From an uncultured Muribaculaceae bacterium (GTDB lineage Bacteria > Bacteroidota > Bacteroidia > Bacteroidales > UBA932), in contig CAYMAX010000002.1 in the NCBI GenBank assembly GCA_964388595.1, positions 13,345 through 77,344 of the forward strand: DNA of 64,000 nt. The letters are read 5' to 3'. Below the pieces are notes generated by a model. The model was not told the DNA's origin, did not search any database, and saw nothing but the letters and a program-made list of their open reading frames with translations. Of the stretch, positions 18,946 through 28,866 are shown one piece after another. The first letter of the stretch is position 1; each line of letters starts with the position of its first letter. Position numbers and translations under genes: made by a program.

Positions 18946-20873
18946 TTATTTGTTACGCTTGATAGGCTGAGTCAAGAAGATGCGAGTACCTGTCTGGTAT
19001 GTCTCGTCAAAGTAAATGTCTCCACCCAATTTCACTGCCAGGTGCTTTGAAATGGCAAGACCCAGGCCAAAACCCTGATCAAATTCATTGACCTTTTCAA
19101 ACCTATCGAACAATTTACCTCTCTTTGCAGGATCAATCCCTTTGCCGGTGTCGGTAACAGACATCAACACTTTATTTTCTTTCTCAAGAATCTTGACCGA
19201 TAATTCTATCGTTCCCTCTGTGGTAAATTTAATGGAATTGGTCAGGAAATTGATCAAAATCTGCAATATTCTTGTCTCATCCGTCCAAATATAAAATTCT
19301 TCCACGGGAGGATTAAAAACAAACTGAACCTTCTCTGAATGGGGTAAGGTGGAAACGATACCCATTGCCTTTCTGCAAATATTGATAATGTCATATTGCT
19401 TGACAGAAAATTTCACATTTCCCGACTCAAGTCTTGAGAGGTCGAGAATATCATTGACCAGCTTAAGGAGGTAGGTGGAATTTTTCGAGATTATCTTTTC
19501 ATATTCTTTCCTCTCCTCTTCAGAAATGGATTCATCGTTGATAAGGGAGACAAATCCCATAATTGAGTTGAGTGGAGTGCGTATCTCGTGACTCATGTTT
19601 GCCCAAAAAGAAGACTTCAGTTTTTCTGATTCCTGCGCTTTTTCTATGGCCGCTGTCAAATCTTTGTTTTTTTGAACCAAAGCATTTTTAAGAGACTTGT
19701 TGGTGTTATACATCTTTAATAAAATCAAGGCAATCAAAACAAGAAGAATGATGGCGATGCTCCCTGCTATGACAATCCCTTGATAACGTTTGATTCTATT
19801 ATCCAAAGGATTAAATATCACAGACCCTTTGGGTAAATAATATTTTTTGACATCATATCTTTTGAGGGCTTCTTCGTTGAAATTGTAATGTTGTTTGGAA
19901 AAGATAAAATATGGCTTCTCATATTCAGGAGAATAGTATTTTCTAATCTGTGTATAAACATCCCCGGGGTCGTATTCGTAATCCGGGAAGTAACCTCCTA
20001 AAACATTCTGTGAACTTATGCCTGCCCCTGTGAGAGTAAAAAAAGGAATGGAAGGATTGGAGTTGATAATATCATTGATATATGAAGCAAAACGATAAAG
20101 ACCGCTTTTATCTGTCCGCCAGGTGCCGACCAATACAGCAGAGTTTTTATCAAGAGATTCTATTATTTTGACAGCCTGAGCAGTATTCATCTCCCTACTA
20201 TCTATGTAGATAGGGTGCAACTGTGGATACGAAATCATCGCTTTCTGGGCAAGTGATTTTAGAGAAACTCCCCCGTATGTGTTATCTGTTACGATTACAA
20301 TATTTTGAATATTGGGGAAAACTTTAGAGCCAATTCAATGTTTTGTGCAACATTGTATTTGCAAAGTAAACCTCCGAGATCTGCTTGAAAATCAACTGCT
20401 GCTGTCATATCTATAGACTTGGGAGCCCATAACGTATCTGCTCTGTATGTGCTGATATCTACTCCATTGACACTGGCATAACAGACAAAAACGGGAACAT
20501 TTATTCTGAGGTCCGGCAAAGCAACATAAGTGGCCCAAGCCTCTTGACCTAAAAGAATAATGGCTTTAAGTGAAGATGTTTTATACTTGTTGATGGTCTC
20601 TGTGAAATCTGTAATCCAACGTGGTGAATCAACGATAGATTTGCAGGCAAGTGTTTCGAGAAAGACATCATAATGCTCTCCATCTGCTTTTACACATTTT
20701 TCAAAAGCATTGAAAAAGAATCTAACTCTCTCGGCATCAGGATTGTAAGAAGAAATAATGAGAATCATCCCCTTTTGACTGATGTTGTCTGCCACCGGCA
20801 TTTGAGCTTTAACTGTTAAAGGGAAGAAACCTAACAATATTAAAATCAGAACCTTATAAAAATAGCCCTTCAT
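18946..20873 (-). pseudogene. Sensor histidine kinase with periplasmic substrate-binding-like domain, split by a single frameshift (track ORFs 20295..20873 and 18946..20238)
   Basis: The upstream ORF carries a signal peptide and the first half of a periplasmic binding-type domain. The downstream frame is open back to 20334 and reads IGSKVFPNIQNIVIVTDNTYGG..., continuing the same domain. After that come a TM helix, the H-box FWANMSHEIRTPLNSIMGF, and the HATPase N/G boxes (...VTDTGKGI...GFGLGLAI). The frames overlap between 20298 and 20334. Adding one A at the aaa run (20323-20325) would give ...NIELALKVFPNIQNIV.... Confidence 0.6.
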
Positions 20874-20929
20874 GATTTAAGAATATATCTACAAAAATAG
20901 CATTTTTTTGCAAAATCAAAATAGAACCC

Positions 20930-20937
20930 TATCTTTG
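20930..20937 (+). promoter_or_regulatory. -7 box TAtcTTTG, with TTTG -33 element at 20907-20910, for tRNA-Pro
   Basis: It is an exact TAnnTTTG match with 19-nt spacing to an upstream TTTG. The box ends 25 nt before the tRNA 5' end. Confidence 0.55.
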
Positions 20938-20962
20938 CAACCCTTTATCGTCAAAGTTCTTT

Positions 20963-21036
20963 CGGGGTGTGGCGCAGTTGGCTAGCGCACCTGCTTTGGG
21001 AGCAGGGGGTCCCCCGTTCGAGTCGGGGTACCCCGA
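20963..21036 (+). tRNA. tRNA-Pro (anticodon TGG), CCA not encoded
   Basis: I folded it by hand. The acceptor is CGGGGTG/TACCCCG. The D stem is GCGC/GCGC. The anticodon stem is CCTGC/GCAGG with loop TTTGGGA. The T arm is CCCCG-TTCGAGT-CGGGG, with discriminator A. Confidence 0.9.
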
Positions 21037-21046
21037 CTTTTTATAT

Positions 21047-22951
21047 CTAATCTTTCATAAGCACCGGCGGTGCAAGAGGAATAAAATTCTCTGGATCAAA
21101 TAATAACATCATCGCCATTTGTGCACTTGACGGACTCTTTTGAGTATCGTTTTGTATAAACTTCTCTATGGTGAAGCCTTCACCTGAAACAGTCAATATA
21201 CGCTTCACTATCTGAAGCCTTTGTGCTGCGCTGTAGTAATGCATATTATTTATCATACAACTGGTGACTTCTGATCTCCACACGCCAAGGGAATAATAAC
21301 AACCCCCCTGAGGATTGGTTATTCTTTCGTAGCCTGATTTTCCTATCAGACCGGCCCACGGCATATCAGCTTCTACATTTGTAATTGATACATTCAACAT
21401 CCCTCCGCCAGCTTGCCACTCCCTGATACTTTGTTTGGACCAATCACCAGTCTCAGGAATGGTATAGCCATCATAATTGATATATTCATCACACAGTCTT
21501 CCAAAACCATGACCACCACACTCGTGCATAACAATACTTTGATAATCTGCGAAAATACCTGAATAAGACTTGGTGGAAAGTGGAGCTATGCCGATAGAAC
21601 GTCCGGAAGGCCACATCCAGCAAGTCCCTGCATAAATATCTTCGTTAGAAATAAGAATAATGCTTGTGTTTTCAAGATCTGAATCATTAAGACTCATCTT
21701 TGTTTTTACCCAATTGAAAACAGCATCATAATTGCAAGAAATGGATGTACTACCTGTATTATCTGCTTTAGTAACTTTAAACTTAGTATTTCTACTTTGA
21801 GTACCAGTAATGGTCATCCCTCTTTCTGAAGAAAAGGCTGCAATGAAATAGATATCGAAATACTCTTTGTATGTTTTATAAGGTTCTATGGAAAACAATC
21901 CTGTTATCCCTTTTTCTGCAACTTTTTGAAAATTACCATTATATGCAAAATCATCTTTTATGAATCCATCACCCACTACTATCAACTTCACAGGTGTGGA
22001 TTTACTGCTTTTAATATAACGCCATACCTCCCCATCTTCCCAAGATGTTTTGGCAGAAGTCGTGAAAGAGAAAACATCAGATTCTACTTTGGAATTTTCC
22101 CTGCCATTATTGTCGTCAGCTATTATCTTCCAATAATATTTGGTGGTTGACTGTAGATTGTTTTCAATTTTATATGTGGAATCGGTAACTATAGCTGTGG
22201 TCCAATCTGTATTATTCAAACTATAACAAACAGTATAAGACAATTCATCTCCATCAGGATCTGAACAACTCCAGGAGAGTGTGGGTGCTACAGGTACGCC
22301 GGTAGCATTGTCTGCCGGTGATTTAAGAACAGGTTTCCTGGGCCCCTGATTGTCAATCGGAGCAAGCACCAAAACTTCTGAACTGATGAAGCTTCCTGTG
22401 CGAAAAGAGATGCATCCTGATTGTTTTCTTCTGCTCGTACTTGCTGCGATAGTCACAGAGATGGTAGCATTACCGGTCCCTGTCTTTGGTGAATAAGAGG
22501 TAATCCAATCGTACTGACCATCTGTAAAAGTTTCCCACTTGGCATTGGAAGAGACTTCAAAAGTGGCAGTACCACCAGCTCTAGTCATAAAGATGGTATC
22601 AGGTTTAAAAGTGGTTGATACTGTTTTCTGAGAGACAGGTATAGCTAAAGCGACATCTCCTTTCTTGCCACCGGTAATAGCGAGAGAAGATGTCCTCTCA
22701 CTTCCGAAAGAATTGATGGTAGGTGTTATCATAATGGTGGCACTCCCGCTTCCGGTAGTGGGGGTAATAGAGTACCAGGTATCATTATGAGTGATGGTCC
22801 ACGTCGTATTGGAAACAATGCCAAGTTCGAATGGTGTCTGTGTATTATCCAATACTATGTTATCGGTGGATGCTTCTATGCTGTCTTTTTGACAAGATGA
22901 GATAATGCATAGAAAAATAAAAATTAAAGATAAAAAGGAAAAACGTCTCAT
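21047..22951 (-). CDS. Surface lipoprotein with two BACON-like domains, an FN3 domain and a C-terminal M64 (IgA-peptidase)-like metallopeptidase domain
   Basis: The lipobox is ...FLCIISSCQKD. The BACON-like repeats are ...SNTTWTITHNDTWYSITPTTGSGSATIMIT... and ...SSNAKWETFTDGQYDWITSYSPKTGTGNATISVT.... The FN3-like segment is ...PTLSWSCSDPDGDELSYTV...YYWKI.... The metallopeptidase-like string is VMHECGGHGFGRLCDEY. Confidence 0.65.
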   Translation of the reverse strand: MRRFSFLSLIFIFLCIISSCQKDSIEASTDNIVLDNTQTPFELGIVSNTTWTITHNDTWYSITPTTGSGSATIMITPTINSFGSERTSSLAITGGKKGDVALAIPVSQKTVSTTFKPDTIFMTRAGGTATFEVSSNAKWETFTDGQYDWITSYSPKTGTGNATISVTIAASTSRRKQSGCISFRTGSFISSEVLVLAPIDNQGPRKPVLKSPADNATGVPVAPTLSWSCSDPDGDELSYTVCYSLNNTDWTTAIVTDSTYKIENNLQSTTKYYWKIIADDNNGRENSKVESDVFSFTTSAKTSWEDGEVWRYIKSSKSTPVKLIVVGDGFIKDDFAYNGNFQKVAEKGITGLFSIEPYKTYKEYFDIYFIAAFSSERGMTITGTQSRNTKFKVTKADNTGSTSISCNYDAVFNWVKTKMSLNDSDLENTSIILISNEDIYAGTCWMWPSGRSIGIAPLSTKSYSGIFADYQSIVMHECGGHGFGRLCDEYINYDGYTIPETGDWSKQSIREWQAGGGMLNVSITNVEADMPWAGLIGKSGYERITNPQGGCYYSLGVWRSEVTSCMINNMHYYSAAQRLQIVKRILTVSGEGFTIEKFIQNDTQKSPSSAQMAMMLLFDPENFIPLAPPVLMKD

Positions 22952-24492
22952 AAACTTTGCTGTCTGAATAAATTATTGAAAGAAACTTTTGATTCGATAA
23001 TATCATGAAGAAGGTCGGTTGAAACCCTTTCCTGCTCCATAGAGTCACGATAACGGATAGTGACAGAATGGTCTTCAAGAGTCTGATGATCGACTGTGAT
23101 GCAGAAAGGAGTACCTATGGCATCCTGCCTTCTATATCTTTTCCCTATACTGTCTTTTTCATCATATTGGCAATTGAAGTCGAGTCTGAGAGAATCCATA
23201 ATATCCTTTGCCGCTTCGGGAAGGCCGTCTTTCTTGACAAGTGGCAGTACTGCCAACTTTACAGGGGCAAGAACGGGAGGAATCTTCAACACCACTCTCT
23301 CTTCAGAATTGGGAAGCTGCTCTTCGTGATATGAAGCAGATAAAACTGAAAGAAACATCCTGTCAAGACCGATAGAGGTCTCAATGACATACGGAACATA
23401 GCTTTCATTAGTTTCAGGATCGAAATATTGCATCTTTCTTCCTGAAAATTTTTGATGATTCGTAAGGTCAAAGTCGGTGCGTGAGTGAATCCCTTCGAGC
23501 TCTTTAAAGCCAAAAGGAAAATCAAACTCAATATCTGTGGCGGCATTGGCATAATGTGCCAACTTCTCATGGTCATGGAAACGATATTTTTCATCACCGA
23601 GACCAAGAGCCTTATGCCATGCAATACGTGTCTCTTTCCATTTTTTGAACCACTCCATCTCCTGACCGGGACGGACAAAAAACTGCATCTCCATCTGTTC
23701 GAATTCCCTCATTCTGAAAATAAACTGACGGGCCACTATTTCATTTCTGAAGGCTTTACCTATCTGAGCTATACCAAAAGGAATTCTCATACGTGCAGTC
23801 TTCTGCACATTGAGGAAATTGACAAAAATACCCTGTGCTGTCTCAGGACGAAGATAAATAATGCCCGATTCATCAGAAACATTACCCAGTTGGGTGCTGA
23901 ACATAAGATTAAATTGTCTTACTTCAGTCCAATTGCGAGTACCTGAGACGGGACAAACTATTTCACAATCTATGATAAGGTCCCTTAAAGCCTTTAAATC
24001 ATTAGTATTTAGAGCAGCGACCATTCTCTCCCTTACACTATCGATTTTAGATTGGTTCCTCAACACATTGGGATTGGTAGATACAAACTGCTTTTCATCG
24101 AAAGAATCACCAAATCTCTTTCTCCCCTTCTCTACCTCCTTATTGTTTTTCTCCTCAAGTTTGGCGATGTAATCTTCCAAAAGGACATCTGCTCTATATC
24201 GTTTTTTAGAATCTTTATTATCAATCAGAGGGTCATTAAAAGCACCTACATGTCCTGAGGCCTCCCATATCCTGGGATGCATAAAAATCGCCGAATCAAT
24301 ACCGACAATATTGTCATGAAGACGCACCATGGAGTTCCACCAATATTGTTTGATGTTGTTTTTCATCTCCACTCCCATCTGGCCATAATCATATACAGCA
24401 CTCAGTCCGTCATATATTTCGCTTGAAGGGAAAATAAAACCATACTCTTTGGCATGGGCAATAATGTTTCTGAAAAGTTCTTCCTGTGTCAT
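22948..24492 (-). CDS. glyQS: Glycine--tRNA ligase (alpha2 type)
   Basis: The 514-aa protein has ...YGFIFPSSEIYDGLSAVYDYGQMGVEMKNNIKQYWW..., ...GKAFRNEI..RQFIFRMREFEQMEMQFF... and ...ETSIGLDR.... Confidence 0.95.
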   Translation of the reverse strand: MTQEELFRNIIAHAKEYGFIFPSSEIYDGLSAVYDYGQMGVEMKNNIKQYWWNSMVRLHDNIVGIDSAIFMHPRIWEASGHVGAFNDPLIDNKDSKKRYRADVLLEDYIAKLEEKNNKEVEKGRKRFGDSFDEKQFVSTNPNVLRNQSKIDSVRERMVAALNTNDLKALRDLIIDCEIVCPVSGTRNWTEVRQFNLMFSTQLGNVSDESGIIYLRPETAQGIFVNFLNVQKTARMRIPFGIAQIGKAFRNEIVARQFIFRMREFEQMEMQFFVRPGQEMEWFKKWKETRIAWHKALGLGDEKYRFHDHEKLAHYANAATDIEFDFPFGFKELEGIHSRTDFDLTNHQKFSGRKMQYFDPETNESYVPYVIETSIGLDRMFLSVLSASYHEEQLPNSEERVVLKIPPVLAPVKLAVLPLVKKDGLPEAAKDIMDSLRLDFNCQYDEKDSIGKRYRRQDAIGTPFCITVDHQTLEDHSVTIRYRDSMEQERVSTDLLHDIIESKVSFNNLFRQQSL

Positions 24493-24533
24493 TATATTTG
24501 TTACAAAGTGCGCAAAATTACTAATTATTTTAA

Positions 24534-24541
24534 TAATTTTG
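24534..24541 (+). promoter_or_regulatory. -7 box TAatTTTG upstream of the dsbD-like gene
   Basis: The sequence taattttg lies 28 nt before the ATG at 24570. A second candidate, TAtaTTTG, sits at 24493-24500. Confidence 0.4.
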
Positions 24542-24569
24542 CCCGCTGAACGAAATACATGTCTTTCTT

Positions 24570-26411
24570 ATGAGAAAAATAATCCTGCGCCTGGTTTTCA
24601 GTTTGTGTTTTATTACATTCTTGATTCCTCTTTCTGCACAAGATATAGCATCTCTCCAAACCATTACCAAGGTTATCGATGATAACACGGTAGAATTAGT
24701 GTTTAATCTGAATATTCAGAGAGGATGGTACATTTATGGTGTCAACAAAGTGGAAGGGCCTATGCCCACCGCCTTGGAGATTGAACCTTCCGAACAATTT
24801 GAATTGCTCGGCCCTCTGACTGAGATCACCACCCCTCATAAAAAAATAGACCCCGGTTTTGGAATAGAAGTCGAGTATTTCGAAGGTAAAGCCTCCTTTT
24901 TGCAAGTAATTAACACTACAGCCACTTCCCCATTTGTAGTATCAGGGACATTAGTCTATCAAACTTGCAATGGAGAAGAATGTCTCCTTGAAGAATCGGA
25001 ATTTTCCATCACAGTTAATCCTTCTGATGCTCCCCAAGATGCCACAGTTGCGGCTATTAATTCTGACAAGGGAGACTCTATCTGGATGTTTCTTCTGATA
25101 GCCTTTCTTGCCGGTCTGGGTGGAGTGATCACCCCATGCGTTTTCCCGATGATTCCCATGACAGTAGGATTTCTGATAGGTGGAGGCAATTCCAAAAAAT
25201 CAGGCATCATCAGAGGTTTGGTCTTCGGTCTTTCTGTGATAGTGATTTACACTTTGCTGGGCTTGATAGTAGCACTCTTTCAAAGCACCTCCGCCACTGA
25301 CACCATCGGCACTCACTGGATTCCTAACTTAATATTTGCGCTACTGTTCATCGTTTTCGCCATATCATTTTTGGGTGCTTTTGAGATTACTCTCCCAGGA
25401 GGACTTGCCAATAAAGCAGACAGACAGGCCGATAAAGGGGGTTATGTAGCAGCCTTTTTTGTTGCTTTGGCTATGGTCATTGTCTCTTTCTCATGCACAG
25501 GTCCTTTCGTTGGGTCTATCTTGGCAGCTGCTGTAGTGGGAGGTGTGGCATTAAAACCTATTTTGGGAATGGCGGTGTTCGGTTTGGCTTTTTCGCTTCC
25601 CTTTGTCATTTTTTCATTCTTCCCATCTGTTATGAAGAAATTGCCCAAATCAGGTGGCTGGCTAAATATCGTAAAGATTGTATTTGCCTTCGTCCTTCTG
25701 GCTTTTGCTCTCAAATTCCTTTACAATGTAGATGCCTACTTCGGATGGAATATTATTACCCGCGCCGGTTTCCTTTCTATTTGGATTACTCTCTCTCTGC
25801 TCCTTGGACTTTACTTTTTGGGAGTTTTCAAAACACCTCACGACGACGATGTACGTTCTGTCGGTTGGGGGAAAATAATGGCTGCAGTGGCTTGTTTTGC
25901 CTTCACCATCTATATGCTCCCAGGGATGTTTGGAGCTCCGCTAAAGTCTATCTCAGGCATGATACCTCCTGCTGATGGTTCGACTTTGTCAATATCAGGA
26001 AATGCAGCATCTGACCACACAAGTGGTACATCTGAATATGCTTCGTTAAAGAGTTATTCCTCAATCGAAGAGGCAATCTCTGCCGCAGAAAAGGAAAATA
26101 AACCGATATTATTGAGTTTTAAGTCACATACCTGCAGCGTCTGCAAAGTAATGGAGGCAACAGTTCTAAATGATAAACAAGTCATTGAAACCATTAAAAC
26201 CAAATTTGTACTGGCCAATCTCTATGTAGATGACAAAACTCCCGATACCGAATTTAAGACGCTCGGCAAGAGACTCAGACAATACGAAACCTCCCATTTC
26301 TCATCAGCATCACAGCCTCTGTACGTTATTATAGATGCCAAAGAAAAAGTCTTGTCCGGTCCTTTGGGAAGTTGTTCTCTGGACGAATATATAGATTTTC
26401 TAAATTATTGA
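24570..26411 (+). CDS. Thiol:disulfide interchange protein, DsbD family
   Basis: It has a signal peptide and an N-terminal domain with YQTCNGEECL. The central membrane domain has GGVITPCVFPMIPMT and ...SFSCTGPFVG.... The C-terminal thioredoxin-like domain has SFKSHTCSVCKVM (CxxC). Confidence 0.85.
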   Translation: MRKIILRLVFSLCFITFLIPLSAQDIASLQTITKVIDDNTVELVFNLNIQRGWYIYGVNKVEGPMPTALEIEPSEQFELLGPLTEITTPHKKIDPGFGIEVEYFEGKASFLQVINTTATSPFVVSGTLVYQTCNGEECLLEESEFSITVNPSDAPQDATVAAINSDKGDSIWMFLLIAFLAGLGGVITPCVFPMIPMTVGFLIGGGNSKKSGIIRGLVFGLSVIVIYTLLGLIVALFQSTSATDTIGTHWIPNLIFALLFIVFAISFLGAFEITLPGGLANKADRQADKGGYVAAFFVALAMVIVSFSCTGPFVGSILAAAVVGGVALKPILGMAVFGLAFSLPFVIFSFFPSVMKKLPKSGGWLNIVKIVFAFVLLAFALKFLYNVDAYFGWNIITRAGFLSIWITLSLLLGLYFLGVFKTPHDDDVRSVGWGKIMAAVACFAFTIYMLPGMFGAPLKSISGMIPPADGSTLSISGNAASDHTSGTSEYASLKSYSSIEEAISAAEKENKPILLSFKSHTCSVCKVMEATVLNDKQVIETIKTKFVLANLYVDDKTPDTEFKTLGKRLRQYETSHFSSASQPLYVIIDAKEKVLSGPLGSCSLDEYIDFLNY

Positions 26412-26848
26412 TTGCTTAATATCTCTTTCAGTGGTATCATAGCAAATTCACGTTGATACATACGTGGGTGCGGAATAATCAGGTCAGGTAAATTAATGGT
26501 TCTATCTCCGAATAGAAGAATATCAATGTCGATTACTCTCGAATGATATATCCTTTCCCCTTGTATATCATATTTGACCCCTTCGTCTGCTCTGCCCATC
26601 ATTGCCTCTATCTGTTTGCATAGTACCAGCAGACTGTGAGGATCGAGATTAGTATCAAAACCCACCGCTTGATTTAAAAAAAGATTATCTGACACAAATC
26701 CATCGGGAACAGTTTCATGAATGGAAGATAATACTATCTCCGACAACAAATGAGAGGAAAGCTTTTGTTTTATTAAAGAGACCGCAGTGGATAGATTTTC
26801 ATACCTGTCTCCAAGATTGGTCCCCAGCAGTAGATATACCCTCTCCAT
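26405..26848 (-). CDS. folK: 2-amino-4-hydroxy-6-hydroxymethyldihydropteridine diphosphokinase (HPPK)
   Basis: It reads VYLLLGTNLGDR..., ...RVIDIDILLFG...LIIPHPRMYQREFAMIPL. Confidence 0.9.
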   Translation of the reverse strand: MERVYLLLGTNLGDRYENLSTAVSLIKQKLSSHLLSEIVLSSIHETVPDGFVSDNLFLNQAVGFDTNLDPHSLLVLCKQIEAMMGRADEGVKYDIQGERIYHSRVIDIDILLFGDRTINLPDLIIPHPRMYQREFAMIPLKEILSNQ

Positions 26849-26850
26849 TG

Positions 26851-27162
26851 TTATAACAGACCTAATTCCAATAGAGCTTCGTCACTCATTCTTGTCTTGT
26901 CCCAAGGAGGGTCAAAAACCACTTCGATAGCTACATCAGATACCCCGGGAACATCTTTCACTGCCTCATTGACATCTTCAAACAATTGGTCTGCCATAGG
27001 ACAATTGGGGGCTGTCATGGTCATTTTTATAAAAGCCTTCCCACTGTCATCAATATCGATATTGTAGATAAGTCCCAGGTCATAAACATTGACCGATATC
27101 TCGGGGTCAAATACCTGTTTGAGAGCCCTGACGATGTCTCTTTGAATGATAGATTTATCCAT
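26851..27162 (-). CDS. DUF59/SufT-like Fe-S cluster assembly protein
   Basis: The 103-aa protein reads ...VFDPEISVNVYDLGLIY...MTMTAPNCPMA...VVFDPPW. Confidence 0.8.
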   Translation of the reverse strand: MDKSIIQRDIVRALKQVFDPEISVNVYDLGLIYNIDIDDSGKAFIKMTMTAPNCPMADQLFEDVNEAVKDVPGVSDVAIEVVFDPPWDKTRMSDEALLELGLL

Positions 27163-27164
27163 AA

Positions 27165-27584
27165 TTATTGAGCACGTGAATATGCCACGGCATAATCTTT
27201 AATCTGACGAATCATAGCCACAAGGCCATTGGCACGAGTGGGAGAAAGATTGTCTTTCAATCCTATCTGGTCAATGAAATCAAGGTCAGAAGAGAGAATC
27301 TCCTGTGGCGTTCTGCCATTGAATACCCTTACCAACAAAGAAATGATTCCTTTGGTGATAATAGCATCACTATCTGCCGAAAAATAAAGTTTGCCATCCC
27401 TAAAATCAGTTCCAAGCCACACTCTAGACTGGCACCCTTTTATCAGGTTAGTATCATTTTTACTTTTTTCATCAATAATGGGAAGTTGTTTGCCAAGTTC
27501 GATGATATACTCATACTTATCCATCCAGTCTGAAAATACCGAAAATTCTTCGACTATCTGATCTTCTATCTCTTTAATCGTCAT
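27165..27584 (-). CDS. sufE: SufE-like cysteine desulfuration (sulfur acceptor) protein
   Basis: The 139-aa protein has ...LIKGCQSRVWL... (active-site Cys context) and lies directly downstream of sufS. Confidence 0.85.
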   Translation of the reverse strand: MTIKEIEDQIVEEFSVFSDWMDKYEYIIELGKQLPIIDEKSKNDTNLIKGCQSRVWLGTDFRDGKLYFSADSDAIITKGIISLLVRVFNGRTPQEILSSDLDFIDQIGLKDNLSPTRANGLVAMIRQIKDYAVAYSRAQ

Positions 27585-27587
27585 AAT

Positions 27588-28808
27588 TTATCTCAACATT
27601 TTAATAGCTCTATGGAGATCCTCAATAAATAATTCACATTCCTGCAGAGTATTGTATGGCGCAAGAGAAACTCTAACGATACCCGTTTGACCATATTTTT
27701 TGATTATGGGTTCTGCACACATCAGTCCCGAACGAACAGCTATACCCATTTTATCAAGAATCAGGGCAAGGTCGCTATGGTGCACTCCCTCTATCGTGAA
27801 AGAAAACAGTGGTATTTTATTCTTGCCATTGCCATATAATCTCAACCCTTCAATCGCCGCTAATTTTTGATTTAGATAATCAACTATTTCTCTTTGATAG
27901 TTAATAACTTGTTGATTATTGCTATCAGTTGCAAATTTAAGAGCCGGAGATAAAGAAGCAGCTCCCACAAAATTGGGGGTTCCTGCCTCAAATTTAAGAG
28001 GCAGGTGCGCATATGTCGTCCTTCCATAGGATACCGTATCGACCATATCTCCACCTCCCATCCATGGCGGTAGTTCTTCAAGTATTTTTTCTTTACCATA
28101 AAGAATACCTATGCCGGTGGCAGCATATATTTTGTGCCCTGAAAAAGCATAAAAATCACAATCGAGCTCCTGAACATCTACTCTATCGTGCACTACTCCC
28201 TGTGCTCCGTCTATTAAGACCACAGCTCCGGCAAAATGTGATTTATCGATTAATTGTCTTATCGGATTAATCACACCGAGAACATTGGAAATATGGGCGG
28301 CCGCCACCATTTTGACTTTTCCTGAGGAGAGCAATCCGTCAAGACTGTCCATCTCCCACTGACCATTTTCATCTACGGGAAGATATTTAAGAGTCGCACC
28401 CTTACGTTCACATGCTATCTGCCAGGGGACCATATTTGAATGATGTTCTCCTTCGGTAATAATCACTTCATCTCCCCTGTGAAGATACTTCTCTGAAAAA
28501 GTATAAGCAACCAGATTGATGGAAGCGGTAGTCCCGGATGTTATTATCACCTCTTCTCTTTTGGCTGCATTTATATATATACGGGCAGCTTCTCTCCCCT
28601 GCTCATAAAGCTCCGTGGCATCTGCACTCAATTTATGAACAGCCCTGTGAATATTGGCGTTGGTGGCAGAATTCATTAAGTTTATCAGAGAGATGACACT
28701 TTCGGGTCTTTGAGAAGTGGCAGCATTGTCGAAATAGATTAACTGCTTGCCATACACCTGCTGCTGCAGTGCCGGGAACATTTCTCTTATCTTATCAATA
28801 TGATTCAT
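27588..28808 (-). CDS. sufS: Cysteine desulfurase, SufS/class V aminotransferase
   Basis: It reads ...IYFDNAATSQRP..., ...AFSGHKIYAATGIGILYG... (PLP Lys), and ...VRSGLMCAEP... (catalytic Cys loop). Confidence 0.9.
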   Translation of the reverse strand: MNHIDKIREMFPALQQQVYGKQLIYFDNAATSQRPESVISLINLMNSATNANIHRAVHKLSADATELYEQGREAARIYINAAKREEVIITSGTTASINLVAYTFSEKYLHRGDEVIITEGEHHSNMVPWQIACERKGATLKYLPVDENGQWEMDSLDGLLSSGKVKMVAAAHISNVLGVINPIRQLIDKSHFAGAVVLIDGAQGVVHDRVDVQELDCDFYAFSGHKIYAATGIGILYGKEKILEELPPWMGGGDMVDTVSYGRTTYAHLPLKFEAGTPNFVGAASLSPALKFATDSNNQQVINYQREIVDYLNQKLAAIEGLRLYGNGKNKIPLFSFTIEGVHHSDLALILDKMGIAVRSGLMCAEPIIKKYGQTGIVRVSLAPYNTLQECELFIEDLHRAIKMLR

Positions 28809-28866
28809 TTGTCTTACTTACAATAATTCACAAAAGTAATTAATTTTGCAGAGTAAAAATACAATT

